The notes under the pieces: model-generated
Seen by the model: the letters and a program-made list of their open reading frames with translations, nothing else
The model's database searches: none
Told to the model about the DNA's origin: nothing
Shown here: positions 1 to 13,062 of the stretch, piece after piece
Layout: the number at the start of each line of letters is the position of its first letter
How positions within the stretch are numbered: position 1 is the first letter of the stretch
DNA from: Escherichia coli
Lineage (GTDB): Bacteria; Pseudomonadota; Gammaproteobacteria; Enterobacterales; Enterobacteriaceae
Assembly: GCF_029227855.1 (NCBI RefSeq)
Contig: NZ_CP074356.1
DNA length: 64,000 nt
Reading direction: 5' to 3' (one strand)
Translations under genes and position numbers: made by a program

Positions 1-698
1 CTGGTTCGATGATGATTGGTTATGCCGGAATGGGCGTACCAATTGACTACCTGTTAGCGGCATCGCTGATGGCGATCCCTGGCGGTATTTTGTTTGCACG
101 TATTCTTAGCCCGGCAACCGAGCCTTCGCAGGTCACATTTGAAAATCTGTCGTTCAGCGAAACGCCGCCAAAAAGCTTTATCGAAGCAGCGGCGAGCGGT
201 GCGATGACCGGGTTGAAAATCGCCGCTGGTGTGGCGACGGTGGTAATGGCGTTTGTCGCAATTATTGCGCTGATCAACGGTATTATCGGCGGAATTGGCG
301 GCTGGTTTGGTTTTGCCAATGCTTCTCTGGAAAGTATTTTTGGCTATGTGCTGGCACCGCTGGCGTGGATCATGGGCGTGGACTGGAGTGATGCCAACCT
401 TGCGGGTAGCCTGATTGGGCAGAAACTGGCGATTAACGAATTTGTCGCTTACCTGAGTTTCTCCCCATACCTGCAAACGGGCGGCACGCTGGAAGTGAAA
501 ACCGTGGCGATTATCTCCTTTGCGCTTTGTGGTTTTGCTAACTTTGGTTCTATCGGTGTTGTCGTTGGGGCGTTTTCGGCTATTTCGCCAAAACGTGCTC
601 CAGAAATCGCCCAGCTTGGTTTACGGGCGCTGGCAGCAGCAACGCTTTCCAACCTGATGAGCGCGACCATTGCCGGGTTCTTTATTGGTTTAGCTTGA
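1..698 (+). CDS. psuT: Nucleoside transporter (NupC/CNT family), 5'-truncated by window edge; paralogue of nupX
   Basis: ORF 9..698 is open to the window start; C-terminal part closely parallels the 2635..3885 product; position next to yeiL/rihB. Confidence 0.8.
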   Translation, partial: GSMMIGYAGMGVPIDYLLAASLMAIPGGILFARILSPATEPSQVTFENLSFSETPPKSFIEAAASGAMTGLKIAAGVATVVMAFVAIIALINGIIGGIGGWFGFANASLESIFGYVLAPLAWIMGVDWSDANLAGSLIGQKLAINEFVAYLSFSPYLQTGGTLEVKTVAIISFALCGFANFGSIGVVVGAFSAISPKRAPEIAQLGLRALAAATLSNLMSATIAGFFIGLA

Positions 699-765
699 GT
701 TTCATTGCCGGATGTACGCGCTTATTAAGTGTTGCATCCGGCAATCGCGCTATTGCAAATAATTT

Positions 766-1425
766 TTACTGCATCATCCCGGAGAATTTATTCTCCGGGT
801 CCATCTCCAGCGCCAGTCCTGACAACTGCTTTCTGTTTTTAATTAGATACCCTTTCTTGCTTTTAATTAATAAACCGTCGTGAATGAATTGCGCGAGAAC
901 ATATAAAAGATGTCGATAAGAAACGCCTAAATACTCTGCCGCTTGCGTATGCTTTTCGTGATAAAGATCACCTTCCTGCGAGAGTAATATAAATGCTGCC
1001 AGGCGATTCACTAACGGAAATGATTGATTCTGAGTTAAAGAAACAATATTACGGTAATTTTTATGACTTAAGGTGACGCAGAGTTTTCGTAAAAATAGCG
1101 TGTCGTTTAATAACACCGGGCGGTAATGTTTCATAGGGAGCGCAAGGCACCAACACTCTTCAATAGCCTGCACCGCACGCGGTTCATGGTCTTTGTCGAT
1201 TAACTCAATCTCGCCAATAAAACAGGGAGCGGCAAAGAAATCGATCAGCGACACGCGACCATTAGCAAGCGTGGCGTAAAGCCTGGCGCGGCCTCGCGTC
1301 AGGTAAAACAGCCAGGACGGCTGTTGCCCTTCCTGCACAATGTAGTCACGCGCTAAAAAATGAAACAGCCGCGTATCGGCTGAAACATCCGTTGAAAAGC
1401 AATCCTTAAACGCGGATTCACTCAT
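766..1425 (-). CDS. yeiL: Crp/Fnr-family transcriptional regulator YeiL
   Basis: ORF 766..1464; start trimmed to the internal Met of [10 protein letters not shown].. from recalled K-12 N-terminus; C-terminal HTH. Confidence 0.75.
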   Translation of the reverse strand: MSESAFKDCFSTDVSADTRLFHFLARDYIVQEGQQPSWLFYLTRGRARLYATLANGRVSLIDFFAAPCFIGEIELIDKDHEPRAVQAIEECWCLALPMKHYRPVLLNDTLFLRKLCVTLSHKNYRNIVSLTQNQSFPLVNRLAAFILLSQEGDLYHEKHTQAAEYLGVSYRHLLYVLAQFIHDGLLIKSKKGYLIKNRKQLSGLALEMDPENKFSGMMQ

Positions 1426-1593
1426 CAATTGCTGCTTAAGATCATTATTGTGGATTTCTTTCACGATGTTTATCCGCTATGAGATTTCTCATATTTAGCA
1501 TACGTACGCTGTTGTTAAGATTCAATCATCGGCCCGGTCGAATTTTCTTTGCTGTAGAAAAAATAACGCAACTGGAAACAGAGGAAATAAACA

Positions 1594-2535
1594 ATGGAAA
1601 AGAGAAAAATTATTCTGGATTGTGATCCGGGTCATGATGATGCTATTGCAATGATGATGGCAGCGAAACATCCGGCAATAGATTTATTAGGCATCACCAT
1701 TGTGGCGGGTAATCAGACGCTTGATAAAACATTAATTAATGGCCTGAATGTTTGCCAGAAACTGGAGATTAATGTTCCGGTTTATGCGGGGATGCCACAG
1801 CCCATTATGCGTCAACAAATCGTTGCCGATAATATTCACGGTGAAACCGGACTTGATGGCCCGGTATTCGGGCCGCTGACCCGCCAGGCAGAAAGCACTC
1901 ATGCGGTGAAATATATCATCGATACCCTGATGGCAAGTGATGGCGATATCACTCTGGTGCCGGTTGGTCCACTTTCAAACATCGCGGTGGCAATGCGTAT
2001 GCAACCCGCGATCCTGCCGAAAATCCGTGAAATTGTGCTGATGGGCGGCGCTTACGGTACTGGCAACTTTACGCCATCCGCCGAGTTCAACATCTTTGCT
2101 GACCCGGAAGCCGCACGCGTGGTGTTCACCTCCGGCGTTCCATTAGTGATGATGGGCCTCGATCTCACCAACCAGACCGTTTGCACCCCGGACGTGATTG
2201 CACGGATGGAAAGGGCAGGCGGCCCCGCCGGAGAGCTGTTCAGCGACATCATGAACTTCACTCTCAAAACGCAGTTCGAAAACTACGGCCTTGCTGGCGG
2301 CCCGGTGCACGACGCCACCTGCATCGGTTATCTGATCAACCCTGATGGCATTAAAACCCAGGATATGTACGTCGAAGTGGACGTCAACAGCGGCCCTTGC
2401 TATGGGCGTACGGTCTGCGACGAACTGGGCGTTCTTGGCAAGCCCGCCAATACCAAAGTCGGCATCACTATTGATACTGACTGGTTCTGGGGATTAGTCG
2501 AAGAGTGCGTGCGCGGCTACATCAAAACCCATTAA
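1594..2535 (+). CDS. rihB: Pyrimidine-specific ribonucleoside hydrolase RihB
   Basis: 313 aa; N-terminal DCDPGHDD nucleoside-hydrolase motif. Confidence 0.9.
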   Translation: MEKRKIILDCDPGHDDAIAMMMAAKHPAIDLLGITIVAGNQTLDKTLINGLNVCQKLEINVPVYAGMPQPIMRQQIVADNIHGETGLDGPVFGPLTRQAESTHAVKYIIDTLMASDGDITLVPVGPLSNIAVAMRMQPAILPKIREIVLMGGAYGTGNFTPSAEFNIFADPEAARVVFTSGVPLVMMGLDLTNQTVCTPDVIARMERAGGPAGELFSDIMNFTLKTQFENYGLAGGPVHDATCIGYLINPDGIKTQDMYVEVDVNSGPCYGRTVCDELGVLGKPANTKVGITIDTDWFWGLVEECVRGYIKTH

Positions 2536-2634
2536 GTGTTGATAACAAGCCGGGTCAGTATCGCAAGATGCAGGCCCGGCTATTTCTGATGGGCAGAAAG
2601 CCGTCGCCCAAAATGACATGAAGAGATAATAACT

Positions 2635-3885
2635 ATGGATGTCATGAGAAGTGTTCTGGGAATGGTGGTATTGCTGGCAATTGCGTTTTTGCTGTCAGTA
2701 AACAAGAAGAAGATCAGCCTGCGTACCGTTGGCGCGGCGTTAGTGTTACAGGTCGTGATTGGCGGCATTATGCTTTGGTTACCGCCAGGGCGTTGGGTCG
2801 CTGAAAAAGTCGCTTTTGGCGTGCATAAAGTGATGGCGTACAGCGACGCGGGTAGCGCATTTATCTTTGGTTCTCTGGTCGGACCGAAAATGGACATCTT
2901 ATTTGATGGCGCTGGATTTATCTTTGGTTTCAGGGTATTACCGGCAATTATCTTCGTTACAGCACTGGTGAGTATTCTCTACTACATCGGTGTGATGGGG
3001 ATCTTAATTCGCATTCTCGGCGGTATATTCCAGAAAGCATTGAATATCAGCAAGATTGAGTCATTCGTCGCTGTCACTACCATTTTCCTCGGGCAAAACG
3101 AAATTCCGGCAATCGTCAAACCCTTTATCGATCGTCTGAATCGCAATGAATTATTTACGGCTATTTGTAGTGGCATGGCCTCGATTGCTGGTTCGACAAT
3201 GATTGGTTACGCCGCACTGGGCGTGCCTGTGGAATATCTGCTAGCGGCATCGTTAATGGCGATCCCCGGCGGGATCTTGTTTGCCCGCCTGTTAAGCCCG
3301 GCTACCGAATCTTCGCAGGTTTCCTTTAATAACCTCTCTTTCACCGAAACACCGCCAAAAAGCATTATTGAAGCCGCCGCTACAGGGGCAATGACCGGAC
3401 TGAAAATCGCCGCAGGTGTGGCGACAGTAGTGATGGCATTTGTCGCCATCATTGCGTTAATTAACGGTATTATCGGCGGCGTTGGCGGCTGGTTTGGTTT
3501 TGAACATGCCTCGCTGGAGTCCATTTTAGGTTACCTGCTGGCCCCACTGGCGTGGGTAATGGGTGTTGACTGGACTGATGCGAATCTTGCCGGGAGTTTG
3601 ATTGGACAGAAACTGGCAATAAATGAATTTGTCGCTTATCTCAATTTCTCACCCTATCTGCAAACGGCTGGCACTCTGGATACTAAAACCGTGGCGATTA
3701 TTTCTTTCGCGTTGTGCGGTTTCGCTAACTTTGGTTCTATCGGGGTGGTGGTGGGGGCGTTTTCTGCGGTTGCGCCACACCGTGCGCCGGAAATCGCCCA
3801 GCTTGGTTTACGCGCGCTGGCAGCGGCGACACTTTCTAACCTGATGAGTGCCACCATTGCAGGATTCTTTATTGGCTTAGTGTAG
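2635..3885 (+). CDS. nupX: Nucleoside permease NupX (NupC family)
   Basis: 416 aa polytopic membrane protein; paralogue of the psuT fragment at window start. Confidence 0.85.
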   Translation: MDVMRSVLGMVVLLAIAFLLSVNKKKISLRTVGAALVLQVVIGGIMLWLPPGRWVAEKVAFGVHKVMAYSDAGSAFIFGSLVGPKMDILFDGAGFIFGFRVLPAIIFVTALVSILYYIGVMGILIRILGGIFQKALNISKIESFVAVTTIFLGQNEIPAIVKPFIDRLNRNELFTAICSGMASIAGSTMIGYAALGVPVEYLLAASLMAIPGGILFARLLSPATESSQVSFNNLSFTETPPKSIIEAAATGAMTGLKIAAGVATVVMAFVAIIALINGIIGGVGGWFGFEHASLESILGYLLAPLAWVMGVDWTDANLAGSLIGQKLAINEFVAYLNFSPYLQTAGTLDTKTVAIISFALCGFANFGSIGVVVGAFSAVAPHRAPEIAQLGLRALAAATLSNLMSATIAGFFIGLV

Positions 3886-3897
3886 TGCGCGATTTAT

Positions 3898-3933
3898 GAG
3901 CCGGATAAGACGCGGTCAAGCGTCGAATCCGGC
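3898..3933. repeat. REP-like palindromic element
   Basis: gccggataagacgcg...cgtcgaatccggc imperfect palindrome between convergent nupX and yeiI. Confidence 0.6.
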
Positions 3934-3940
3934 AACATTG

Positions 3941-5029
3941 TTACACCATCGGCACTAATGAAAGCGCGTTATCGGCAGACAGGGTAGGGTTGTTTAAGCT
4001 GCCGCTGGCGCGTGAAATTGCCGCGCAGGCCATCGCAAAATGGGCGCTGTCACGGAAATTGTTTCCCTCCAGAAAGCTATATACCAGGCCCGCCATAAAA
4101 CCATCGTCAGCACCAAAACTGTCTACTGTCGTATGCGCTGGTGCGGTCAGCAAAAATTGTTCTCCATCCTTTTCGCTGCAATAAACAGACTCATCGGGCA
4201 AATAAACAAACAGTTGCTGAACGCCTTGCTGATGCAACGCATTCACTGCGGCATTACGGTCAGCATCGCTGGTGATCGCCTGTCCCCATAAAATTTCCAG
4301 CTCCGGTAAAGTGGGTTTCAGGGTGTGAATATGCGCCAGCCAGTGTTTGATTTTGCCCGCTTTGAATTCTGAAACGGTATCGACAAACACCGGGATTTCA
4401 TCAGCGAGGGTAAAGACCCACTCCAGCGCCTCGGCTGTCAGGTTGCAATCAGCCAGTACCACGCCCGCATGACGAAGTAAATCGCGCGACCCGTTCAGTA
4501 GTTGCGGTGTCAACTGATCCAGCAGATGGGTATCGTTAATCGCCAGCACGGTTTGATCGTCTCGATTGGCAATTGCCAGATACGTCGATGTGCTTTGACC
4601 ATGTAAACGAACGCAGCCGGAGACATTCACGCCGGCGCGGCGCGTTTCTTCCAGGAGCATTTCGCCATAAAAGTCATCGCCAATCACTGAAAGCAAATGG
4701 ACGTCGCGGCCTAACAGCGCCAGATTGTGGGCGATATTGCGTCCAACGCCGCCTGCCGAGCAATGAATTGTACCGGGATGAGAAGCCGCTTGCGGGTAAC
4801 GGATATCCGCCATCCCGCGAATATCCATATTGATTGTCCCCACCACTACGCAGTATTCCTGCTCGGTGAGAATGTAACCTTTGCCTTTAATCCGACCTTT
4901 GCGCATTAAATCCATAATATGCGCCGCAACACGCGAACGGCTGATTTGCAGCATGTCCGCAATTTCGTTCTGCTGAATCAGCGGGTTACGCCGTAAAATT
5001 GCAAGGATCTCCTTCTCCCGGTTGTTCAT
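3941..5029 (-). CDS. yeiI: HTH-domain sugar/nucleoside kinase (PfkB family) YeiI
   Basis: 362 aa; N-terminal HTH followed by ribokinase-like domain. Confidence 0.8.
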   Translation of the reverse strand: MNNREKEILAILRRNPLIQQNEIADMLQISRSRVAAHIMDLMRKGRIKGKGYILTEQEYCVVVGTINMDIRGMADIRYPQAASHPGTIHCSAGGVGRNIAHNLALLGRDVHLLSVIGDDFYGEMLLEETRRAGVNVSGCVRLHGQSTSTYLAIANRDDQTVLAINDTHLLDQLTPQLLNGSRDLLRHAGVVLADCNLTAEALEWVFTLADEIPVFVDTVSEFKAGKIKHWLAHIHTLKPTLPELEILWGQAITSDADRNAAVNALHQQGVQQLFVYLPDESVYCSEKDGEQFLLTAPAHTTVDSFGADDGFMAGLVYSFLEGNNFRDSAHFAMACAAISRASGSLNNPTLSADNALSLVPMV

Positions 5030-5031
5030 CT

Positions 5032-5889
5032 TCAGGCTACCGCTTTTTCAGTTTGTTGCGCTTTCAGCCAGGCGATCTCTTCTGCCCAGATATCCGGGTT
5101 GATGGTTTCAAGGATCAGCGGAATGCCGTCGAAACGGTCGTCCTGCATGATCCAGCGGAACGCATCATGACCGATATTGCCTTCACCGAGGCTATGATGG
5201 CGGTCAACGCGGCTGCCAAAGGTGCTTTTCGCATCGTTAAGGTGCATCCCGCGCAGATACTTAAAGCCGACAATACGGGCAAAATCCGCGAACGTTTTCT
5301 CGCATTCGGCTGGAGTACGCAAATCATACCCGGCAGCAAAAGCATGGCAGGTATCAATGCAGACGCCGACGCGGGATTTATCTTCCACGCCGTCGATAAT
5401 CGCCGCGAGATGTTCGAATTTAAACCCTAAGTTACTGCCCTGACCGGCGGTGTTTTCAATCACCGCTGTCACACCTTGAGTTTTATCCAGCGCAATGTTG
5501 ATGGATTCGGCAATACGCGCAAGGCAATCCTCTTCTGAAATCTGCATCAGATGGCTGCCAGGGTGGAAGTTGAGCAAAGAAAGCCCCAGCTGTTCGCAAC
5601 GCTGCATTTCATCTATAAACGCATCGCGCGATTTTTCCAGAGCTTCAGCGACCGGATGTCCGAGGTTAATCAGATAACTGTCGTGAGGAAGAATTTGCGC
5701 CGATGTGTAGTGATATTTTTCACAGGCGGCTTTGAATTCATCAATGGTTTGCGTCGTGAGCGGTGCGGCACGCCACTGACGTTGGTTTTTGGTGAACAAG
5801 GCAAACGCGGTTGCGTCGATTTCGGCGGCGCGAATTGCGGCATTTGCCAGACCGCCAGCAGCACTAACGTGCGCTCCAATGTATTTCAT
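5032..5889 (-). CDS. nfo: Endonuclease IV (AP endonuclease)
   Basis: 285 aa; xylose-isomerase-like TIM barrel fold with His/Asp/Glu metal ligands. Confidence 0.95.
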   Translation of the reverse strand: MKYIGAHVSAAGGLANAAIRAAEIDATAFALFTKNQRQWRAAPLTTQTIDEFKAACEKYHYTSAQILPHDSYLINLGHPVAEALEKSRDAFIDEMQRCEQLGLSLLNFHPGSHLMQISEEDCLARIAESINIALDKTQGVTAVIENTAGQGSNLGFKFEHLAAIIDGVEDKSRVGVCIDTCHAFAAGYDLRTPAECEKTFADFARIVGFKYLRGMHLNDAKSTFGSRVDRHHSLGEGNIGHDAFRWIMQDDRFDGIPLILETINPDIWAEEIAWLKAQQTEKAVA

Positions 5890-5962
5890 GCGAGGACTCC
5901 TGTTAAACCCGCTGGAGGAAAACGGTAATGATAGCGGGTTAACAGGAGCAAGATGTAGTGGT

Positions 5963-7012
5963 TTATGCGATGACGCTTTGAATCACATAGTTAATCGCAC
6001 CACCACCAACAATCAGCCAGGCAAACAGTACCAGTGCCATCAGCAGAGGTTTCGCCCCGGCTTTTTTCAGTGCGCTGACGTGAGTGGTCAGACCCAGCGC
6101 CGCCATCGCCATTGCCAGCAGGAAGGTATCCAGCGTTACCAGCATGTTCACCACGCTCTGCGGTAACAGGTGGAACGAGTTAAAGATGGCAACTACGATG
6201 AACAAGATGGCAAACCACGGAATAGTGATTTTGCTTTTCTCGCCGCTGTTCGCCCCAGACAGCTGTTTAACACGCGCCGCCAGCAGGATGAGGAACGGAG
6301 CCAGCATCATCACGCGCAGCATTTTGGAAATAACTGCTGCGTTTTCTGCATCCGGGCTGATGGCATGACCTGCCGCCACCACCTGCGCCACTTCGTGCAC
6401 AGTAGAACCAATGTAGATACCGAAAGTTTCCGGACTAAACCATTGAGACATCAGCGGATATATCGCCGGGTAGAGGAAAATCGCCACGGTCCCGAAGATA
6501 ACAACGGTTGCAACAGCCACGGTTACTTTACTGGCTTCCGCTTTCACTACCGGCTCAGTCGCCAGTACCGCGGCAGCACCACAAATACTGCTACCGGCAC
6601 CGATCAACCAGCTGGTGTGCTTATCCAGACCAAACACTTTCTGCCCCAGGAAGCAAGCCAGCAGGAAGGTACTGGACAGCGTCAACACGTCAATGATGAT
6701 CCCACTGATACCGACATCGGCAATTTGCGAGAACGTCAGACGGAAGCCATAAAGAATGATACCCAGACGTAATAAATATTGCTTGGCAAACAGCACACCA
6801 CCGTCACAGCTTTTCCAGATGTGCGGATAGATGGTGTTGCCTAAAACCATCCCCAACAAGATTGCGAGGGTGAGGGCACTAAACCCGGCACCCGCAACCG
6901 CGGGAATGGAACCACCCCACAGGGCGACCCCGGTGATAACTGCACTCAGGGCTAACCCCGGAATAAAATGCCACAGTGTACGATGTTGTTTCTGTAAGGT
7001 GATATTCGTCAT
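5963..7012 (-). CDS. yeiH: UPF0324 inner membrane protein YeiH
   Basis: 349 aa polytopic membrane protein; divergent from LysR regulator yeiE. Confidence 0.85.
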   Translation of the reverse strand: MTNITLQKQHRTLWHFIPGLALSAVITGVALWGGSIPAVAGAGFSALTLAILLGMVLGNTIYPHIWKSCDGGVLFAKQYLLRLGIILYGFRLTFSQIADVGISGIIIDVLTLSSTFLLACFLGQKVFGLDKHTSWLIGAGSSICGAAAVLATEPVVKAEASKVTVAVATVVIFGTVAIFLYPAIYPLMSQWFSPETFGIYIGSTVHEVAQVVAAGHAISPDAENAAVISKMLRVMMLAPFLILLAARVKQLSGANSGEKSKITIPWFAILFIVVAIFNSFHLLPQSVVNMLVTLDTFLLAMAMAALGLTTHVSALKKAGAKPLLMALVLFAWLIVGGGAINYVIQSVIA

Positions 7013-7110
7013 AACCCTCTCCTTTAACCGGGCATAAGGTTACGACTAACTGGTTTAAAAATAAAATTGATTATATATTTATAATTAATCTTTATAAGTG
7101 GTAAGCGACT

Positions 7111-7992
7111 ATGCACATCACCCTCCGGCAGTTGGAAGTTTTTGCAGAAGTATTGAAAAGTGGATCAACCACCCAGGCGTCGGTGATGCTGGCGTTGTCG
7201 CAATCAGCAGTGAGCGCAGCCTTGACCGACCTGGAAGGGCAGCTTGGCGTGCAACTGTTTGATCGCGTGGGGAAAAGACTGGTTGTTAATGAACACGGGC
7301 GGCTGCTCTATCCGCGCGCGTTGGCACTGCTTGAACAGGCGGTTGAAATCGAACAACTGTTTCGCGAAGACAACGGCGCGATTCGTATCTATGCCAGTAG
7401 TACTATCGGTAACTACATTCTGCCTGCAGTTATCGCCCGTTATCGCCATGATTATCCGCAGTTGCCGATTGAACTTAGCGTTGGGAACAGCCAGGACGTG
7501 ATGCAAGCGGTGCTGGATTTCCGCGTTGATATTGGCTTTATTGAAGGACCGTGCCACAGCACTGAAATCATCTCAGAACCGTGGCTGGAAGACGAGCTGG
7601 TGGTTTTCGCCGCGCCGACTTCGCCATTGGCTCGTGGTCCGGTCACCTTAGAACAGCTGGCCGCTGCGCCGTGGATCCTGCGTGAACGCGGCTCCGGCAC
7701 GCGGGAGATTGTCGATTATCTGTTGCTGTCACATTTACCGAAGTTTGAGATGGCGATGGAATTAGGTAACTCCGAGGCAATCAAACATGCGGTGCGTCAT
7801 GGGTTGGGAATTAGTTGCCTGTCGCGACGGGTGATTGAAGATCAATTGCAGGCAGGCACATTAAGTGAAGTTGCGGTCCCTCTGCCGCGCCTGATGCGTA
7901 CGTTGTGGCGTATACATCATCGGCAAAAACACCTTTCCAACGCGCTACGGCGCTTTCTGGACTATTGCGATCCCGCGAATGTACCGCGTTAA
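7111..7992 (+). CDS. yeiE: LysR-type transcriptional regulator YeiE
   Basis: 293 aa; N-terminal LysR HTH. Confidence 0.85.
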
Positions 7993-8196
7993 GTTGCTGT
8001 ACAAGAACATGCTGGTGCTGTGTCGATTTCGTGACGCAGCGCCCTCAGCATGCATTCGCCAGAAAAGAGATTGGCTGCTTTACTTATAATCCCTGGGCGA
8101 TCATGAAGGTGTCTTATAACCGTGTATTTCTGCCGGAAGGATTGCCAATCGTCTGCTACAATCGCGCCTCATTTTTAAGATGGATAGCATTTTTGT

Positions 8197-9666
8197 ATGG
8201 GTTCCGAAACTAAAACTACAGAAGCGCCGGGCTTACGCCGTGAATTAAAGGCGCGTCACCTGACGATGATTGCCATTGGCGGTTCCATCGGTACAGGTCT
8301 TTTTGTTGCCTCTGGCGCAACGATTTCTCAGGCAGGTCCGGGCGGGGCGTTGCTCTCGTATATGTTGATTGGCCTGATGGTTTACTTCCTGATGACCAGT
8401 CTCGGTGAACTGGCTGCATATATGCCGGTTTCCGGTTCGTTTGCCACTTACGGTCAGAACTATGTTGAAGAAGGCTTTGGCTTCGCGCTGGGCTGGAACT
8501 ACTGGTACAACTGGGCGGTAACTATCGCCGTTGACCTGGTTGCAGCTCAGCTGGTCATGAGCTGGTGGTTCCCGGATACACCGGGCTGGATCTGGAGTGC
8601 GCTGTTCCTCGGCGTTATCTTCCTGCTGAACTACATCTCAGTTCGTGGCTTTGGTGAAGCGGAATACTGGTTCTCACTGATCAAAGTCACGACAGTTATT
8701 GTCTTTATCATCGTTGGCGTGCTGATGATTATCGGTATCTTCAAAGGCGCGCAGCCTGCGGGCTGGAGCAACTGGACAATCGGCGAAGCGCCGTTTGCTG
8801 GTGGTTTTGCGGCGATGATCGGCGTAGCTATGATTGTCGGCTTCTCTTTCCAGGGAACCGAGCTGATCGGTATTGCTGCAGGCGAGTCCGAAGATCCGGC
8901 GAAAAACATTCCACGCGCGGTACGTCAGGTGTTCTGGCGAATCCTGTTGTTCTATGTGTTCGCGATCCTGATTATCAGCCTGATTATTCCGTACACCGAT
9001 CCGAGCCTGCTGCGTAACGATGTTAAAGACATCAGCGTCAGTCCGTTCACCCTGGTATTCCAGCACGCGGGTCTGCTCTCTGCGGCGGCGGTGATGAACG
9101 CAGTTATTCTGACGGCGGTGCTGTCAGCGGGTAACTCCGGTATGTATGCGTCTACTCGTATGCTGTACACCCTGGCGTGTGACGGTAAAGCGCCGCGCAT
9201 TTTCGCTAAACTGTCGCGTGGTGGCGTGCCGCGTAATGCGCTGTATGCGACGACGGTGATTGCCGGTCTGTGCTTCCTGACCTCCATGTTTGGCAACCAG
9301 ACGGTATACCTGTGGCTGCTGAACACCTCCGGGATGACGGGCTTTATCGCCTGGCTGGGGATTGCCATTAGCCACTATCGCTTCCGTCGCGGGTACGTAT
9401 TGCAGGGACACGACATTAACGATCTGCCGTACCGTTCAGGTTTCTTCCCACTGGGGCCGATCTTCGCATTCATTCTGTGTCTGATTATCACTTTGGGCCA
9501 GAACTACGAAGCGTTCCTGAAAGATACCATTGACTGGGGCGGCGTAGCGGCAACGTATATTGGTATCCCGCTGTTCCTGATTATTTGGTTCGGCTACAAG
9601 CTGATTAAAGGAACTCACTTCGTACGTTACAGCGAAATGAAGTTCCCGCAGAACGATAAGAAATAA
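8197..9666 (+). CDS. lysP: Lysine-specific permease LysP (APC family)
   Basis: 489 aa, 12-TM amino-acid permease. Confidence 0.9.
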   Translation: MGSETKTTEAPGLRRELKARHLTMIAIGGSIGTGLFVASGATISQAGPGGALLSYMLIGLMVYFLMTSLGELAAYMPVSGSFATYGQNYVEEGFGFALGWNYWYNWAVTIAVDLVAAQLVMSWWFPDTPGWIWSALFLGVIFLLNYISVRGFGEAEYWFSLIKVTTVIVFIIVGVLMIIGIFKGAQPAGWSNWTIGEAPFAGGFAAMIGVAMIVGFSFQGTELIGIAAGESEDPAKNIPRAVRQVFWRILLFYVFAILIISLIIPYTDPSLLRNDVKDISVSPFTLVFQHAGLLSAAAVMNAVILTAVLSAGNSGMYASTRMLYTLACDGKAPRIFAKLSRGGVPRNALYATTVIAGLCFLTSMFGNQTVYLWLLNTSGMTGFIAWLGIAISHYRFRRGYVLQGHDINDLPYRSGFFPLGPIFAFILCLIITLGQNYEAFLKDTIDWGGVAATYIGIPLFLIIWFGYKLIKGTHFVRYSEMKFPQNDKK

Positions 9667-9686
9667 GTTTCCTCCCTTCCTTGCTA

Positions 9687-9712
9687 AGCCCTCTCAACCG
9701 AGAGGGCTTTTT
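9687..9712 (+). terminator. Rho-independent terminator downstream of lysP
   Basis: agccctctc-aacc-gagagggct stem-loop followed by TTTTT. Confidence 0.75.
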
Positions 9713-9760
9713 CAATTCCATTTCCCTGACAAATCATGCGGATATAAAATTTAACATTTG

Positions 9761-9790
9761 GATTGATAATTGTTATCGTTTGCATTATCG
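9761..9790 (+). promoter_or_regulatory. Fur box in cirA promoter region
   Basis: gattgataattgttatcgtttgcattatcg matches GATAATGATAATCATTATC-type iron box upstream of the siderophore receptor gene. Confidence 0.6.
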
Positions 9791-9958
9791 TTACGCCGCA
9801 ATCAAAAAAGGCTGACAAATCAGAGGCTGTTCCGGCTTTCTGGGATGATCACCTGCATACAAATAAGTCCACCGCGATGCTGCCGTACGCAAGGGGACAT
9901 GAAGAAGATGTGAGCGATAACCCATTTTATTTTCGTAGTTACCTCATGGAGATATGGA

Positions 9959-11938
9959 ATGTTTAGGTTGAACCCTTTCGTACGGGTCGGGCTGTGTTTG
10001 TCCGCTATTTCTTGTGCATGGCCTGTGTTAGCGGTCGATGATGATGGCGAAACGATGGTTGTCACTGCATCTTCCGTTGAGCAAAACCTTAAAGATGCAC
10101 CCGCCAGTATCAGCGTCATTACCCAGGAAGACCTGCAGCGAAAACCGGTACAGAATCTGAAGGATGTCCTCAAAGAAGTGCCTGGCGTACAACTGACGAA
10201 CGAAGGGGATAACCGTAAGGGCGTTAGTATTCGTGGTCTGGACAGCAGCTACACCCTGATTCTCGTCGACGGTAAACGCGTTAACTCCCGCAATGCCGTC
10301 TTCCGCCACAATGATTTCGATCTGAACTGGATCCCGGTCGATTCCATCGAACGTATTGAAGTGGTCCGTGGCCCGATGTCGTCGCTGTACGGTTCCGATG
10401 CGCTCGGCGGTGTAGTGAATATCATCACCAAAAAAATCGGTCAGAAATGGTCGGGTACCGTTACCGTCGATACCACCATTCAGGAACATCGCGATCGCGG
10501 TGATACCTATAACGGTCAGTTCTTTACCAGCGGACCATTAATTGACGGCGTGCTGGGAATGAAAGCTTACGGCAGCCTGGCAAAACGTGAAAAGGATGAC
10601 CCGCAAAACTCAACGACCACCGATACCGGAGAAACGCCGCGTATTGAAGGTTTCTCCAGCCGCGACGGCAATGTGGAATTTGCCTGGACACCGAATCAAA
10701 ATCACGATTTTACTGCCGGATACGGTTTCGACCGTCAGGATCGTGATTCCGACTCGCTGGACAAAAACCGCCTGGAACGCCAGAACTACTCCGTCAGCCA
10801 TAATGGTCGTTGGGATTACGGCACCAGCGAACTGAAATACTACGGTGAGAAAGTCGAGAACAAAAACCCTGGCAACAGCAGCCCGATAACTTCCGAAAGC
10901 AATACGGTCGACGGCAAATACACGTTGCCGCTGACGGCGATTAATCAGTTTCTCACGGTTGGCGGTGAATGGCGTCACGACAAACTTAGCGATGCGGTGA
11001 ACCTGACCGGGGGAACCAGCTCCAAAACATCTGCCAGCCAGTACGCGCTATTTGTTGAAGATGAATGGCGGATCTTCGAGCCGCTGGCGCTGACGACCGG
11101 CGTGCGTATGGACGATCACGAAACCTACGGTGAACACTGGAGTCCGCGTGCCTACCTGGTTTATAACGCCACCGACACCGTAACGGTGAAAGGGGGCTGG
11201 GCGACGGCATTTAAAGCACCTTCTCTGTTGCAACTTAGCCCTGACTGGACGAGCAATTCCTGCCGTGGCGCATGTAAGATTGTGGGTAGCCCGGATCTGA
11301 AACCAGAAACCAGCGAAAGTTGGGAACTGGGGCTTTACTACATGGGCGAAGAAGGCTGGCTGGAAGGGGTGGAATCCAGCGTGACCGTTTTCCGTAACGA
11401 TGTGAAAGATCGTATCAGCATCAGCCGTACGTCTGACGTCAACGCTGCACCGGGCTACCAAAACTTTGTTGGTTTTACAGCGAACGGTGTGCCGGTATTT
11501 AGCTACTACAACGTTAACAAAGCTCGTATTCAGGGCGTGGAAACCGAACTGAAAATTCCGTTCAACGATGAATGGAAACTGTCACTCAACTACACCTACA
11601 ACGATGGTCGTGATGTCAGCAACGGCGAAAATAAACCTTTATCCGATCTGCCGTTCCATACCGCTAACGGTACGCTGGACTGGAAACCGCTGGCGCTGGA
11701 AGACTGGTCATTCTATGTTTCTGGTCACTATACCGGGCAGAAACGCGCCGACAGCGCGACGGCTAAAACACCGGGCGGTTATACCATCTGGAATACCGGT
11801 GCGGCCTGGCAGGTGACTAAAGACGTCAAACTGCGCGCAGGCGTGCTGAACCTTGGCGACAAGGATCTCAGTCGTGACGACTACAGCTATAACGAAGACG
11901 GACGTCGTTACTTTATGGCAGTGGATTATCGCTTCTGA
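9959..11938 (+). CDS. cirA: TonB-dependent catecholate siderophore / colicin I receptor CirA
   Basis: 659 aa; signal peptide, TonB box, C-terminal beta-barrel ending in aromatic residue. Confidence 0.9.
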   Translation: MFRLNPFVRVGLCLSAISCAWPVLAVDDDGETMVVTASSVEQNLKDAPASISVITQEDLQRKPVQNLKDVLKEVPGVQLTNEGDNRKGVSIRGLDSSYTLILVDGKRVNSRNAVFRHNDFDLNWIPVDSIERIEVVRGPMSSLYGSDALGGVVNIITKKIGQKWSGTVTVDTTIQEHRDRGDTYNGQFFTSGPLIDGVLGMKAYGSLAKREKDDPQNSTTTDTGETPRIEGFSSRDGNVEFAWTPNQNHDFTAGYGFDRQDRDSDSLDKNRLERQNYSVSHNGRWDYGTSELKYYGEKVENKNPGNSSPITSESNTVDGKYTLPLTAINQFLTVGGEWRHDKLSDAVNLTGGTSSKTSASQYALFVEDEWRIFEPLALTTGVRMDDHETYGEHWSPRAYLVYNATDTVTVKGGWATAFKAPSLLQLSPDWTSNSCRGACKIVGSPDLKPETSESWELGLYYMGEEGWLEGVESSVTVFRNDVKDRISISRTSDVNAAPGYQNFVGFTANGVPVFSYYNVNKARIQGVETELKIPFNDEWKLSLNYTYNDGRDVSNGENKPLSDLPFHTANGTLDWKPLALEDWSFYVSGHYTGQKRADSATAKTPGGYTIWNTGAAWQVTKDVKLRAGVLNLGDKDLSRDDYSYNEDGRRYFMAVDYRF

Positions 11939-11968
11939 CAGGAAGATGCCCGGCGAACCGGGCAGACT

Positions 11969-12838
<870 letters not shown>

Positions 12839-13062
12839 TCATCATACCGTTTATTCAATGTGCTGTGAGTAACTTTCACTTCCGTATTTGCATAACGATG
12901 TTTTAACATCTGCTGATGAAAGGCAGCGGCAATTACAATAATTATCGCTGTGAATACTGGATTATGTGCGCCGCCTCACGCACAATAATCAGGCTGTAAA
13001 TCAGCTTAATAACTTTGCCCCCACGCAGGGCGGAGGCGTCACACCTGCAGGAGAAATCATAA

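Noticed and set aside
47-476. Antisense ORFs 47..319 and 54..476 inside the psuT fragment, with twins 3207..3524 and 3654..3857 inside nupX
   Set aside because: They lie wholly within well-supported transporter genes on the opposite strand and recur only because the sense genes are paralogues.
11948-11963. gcccggcgaaccgggc hairpin between cirA and yeiG as a terminator
   Set aside because: The stem-loop is clear but has no convincing T-run on either strand, so it is not listed as a feature.
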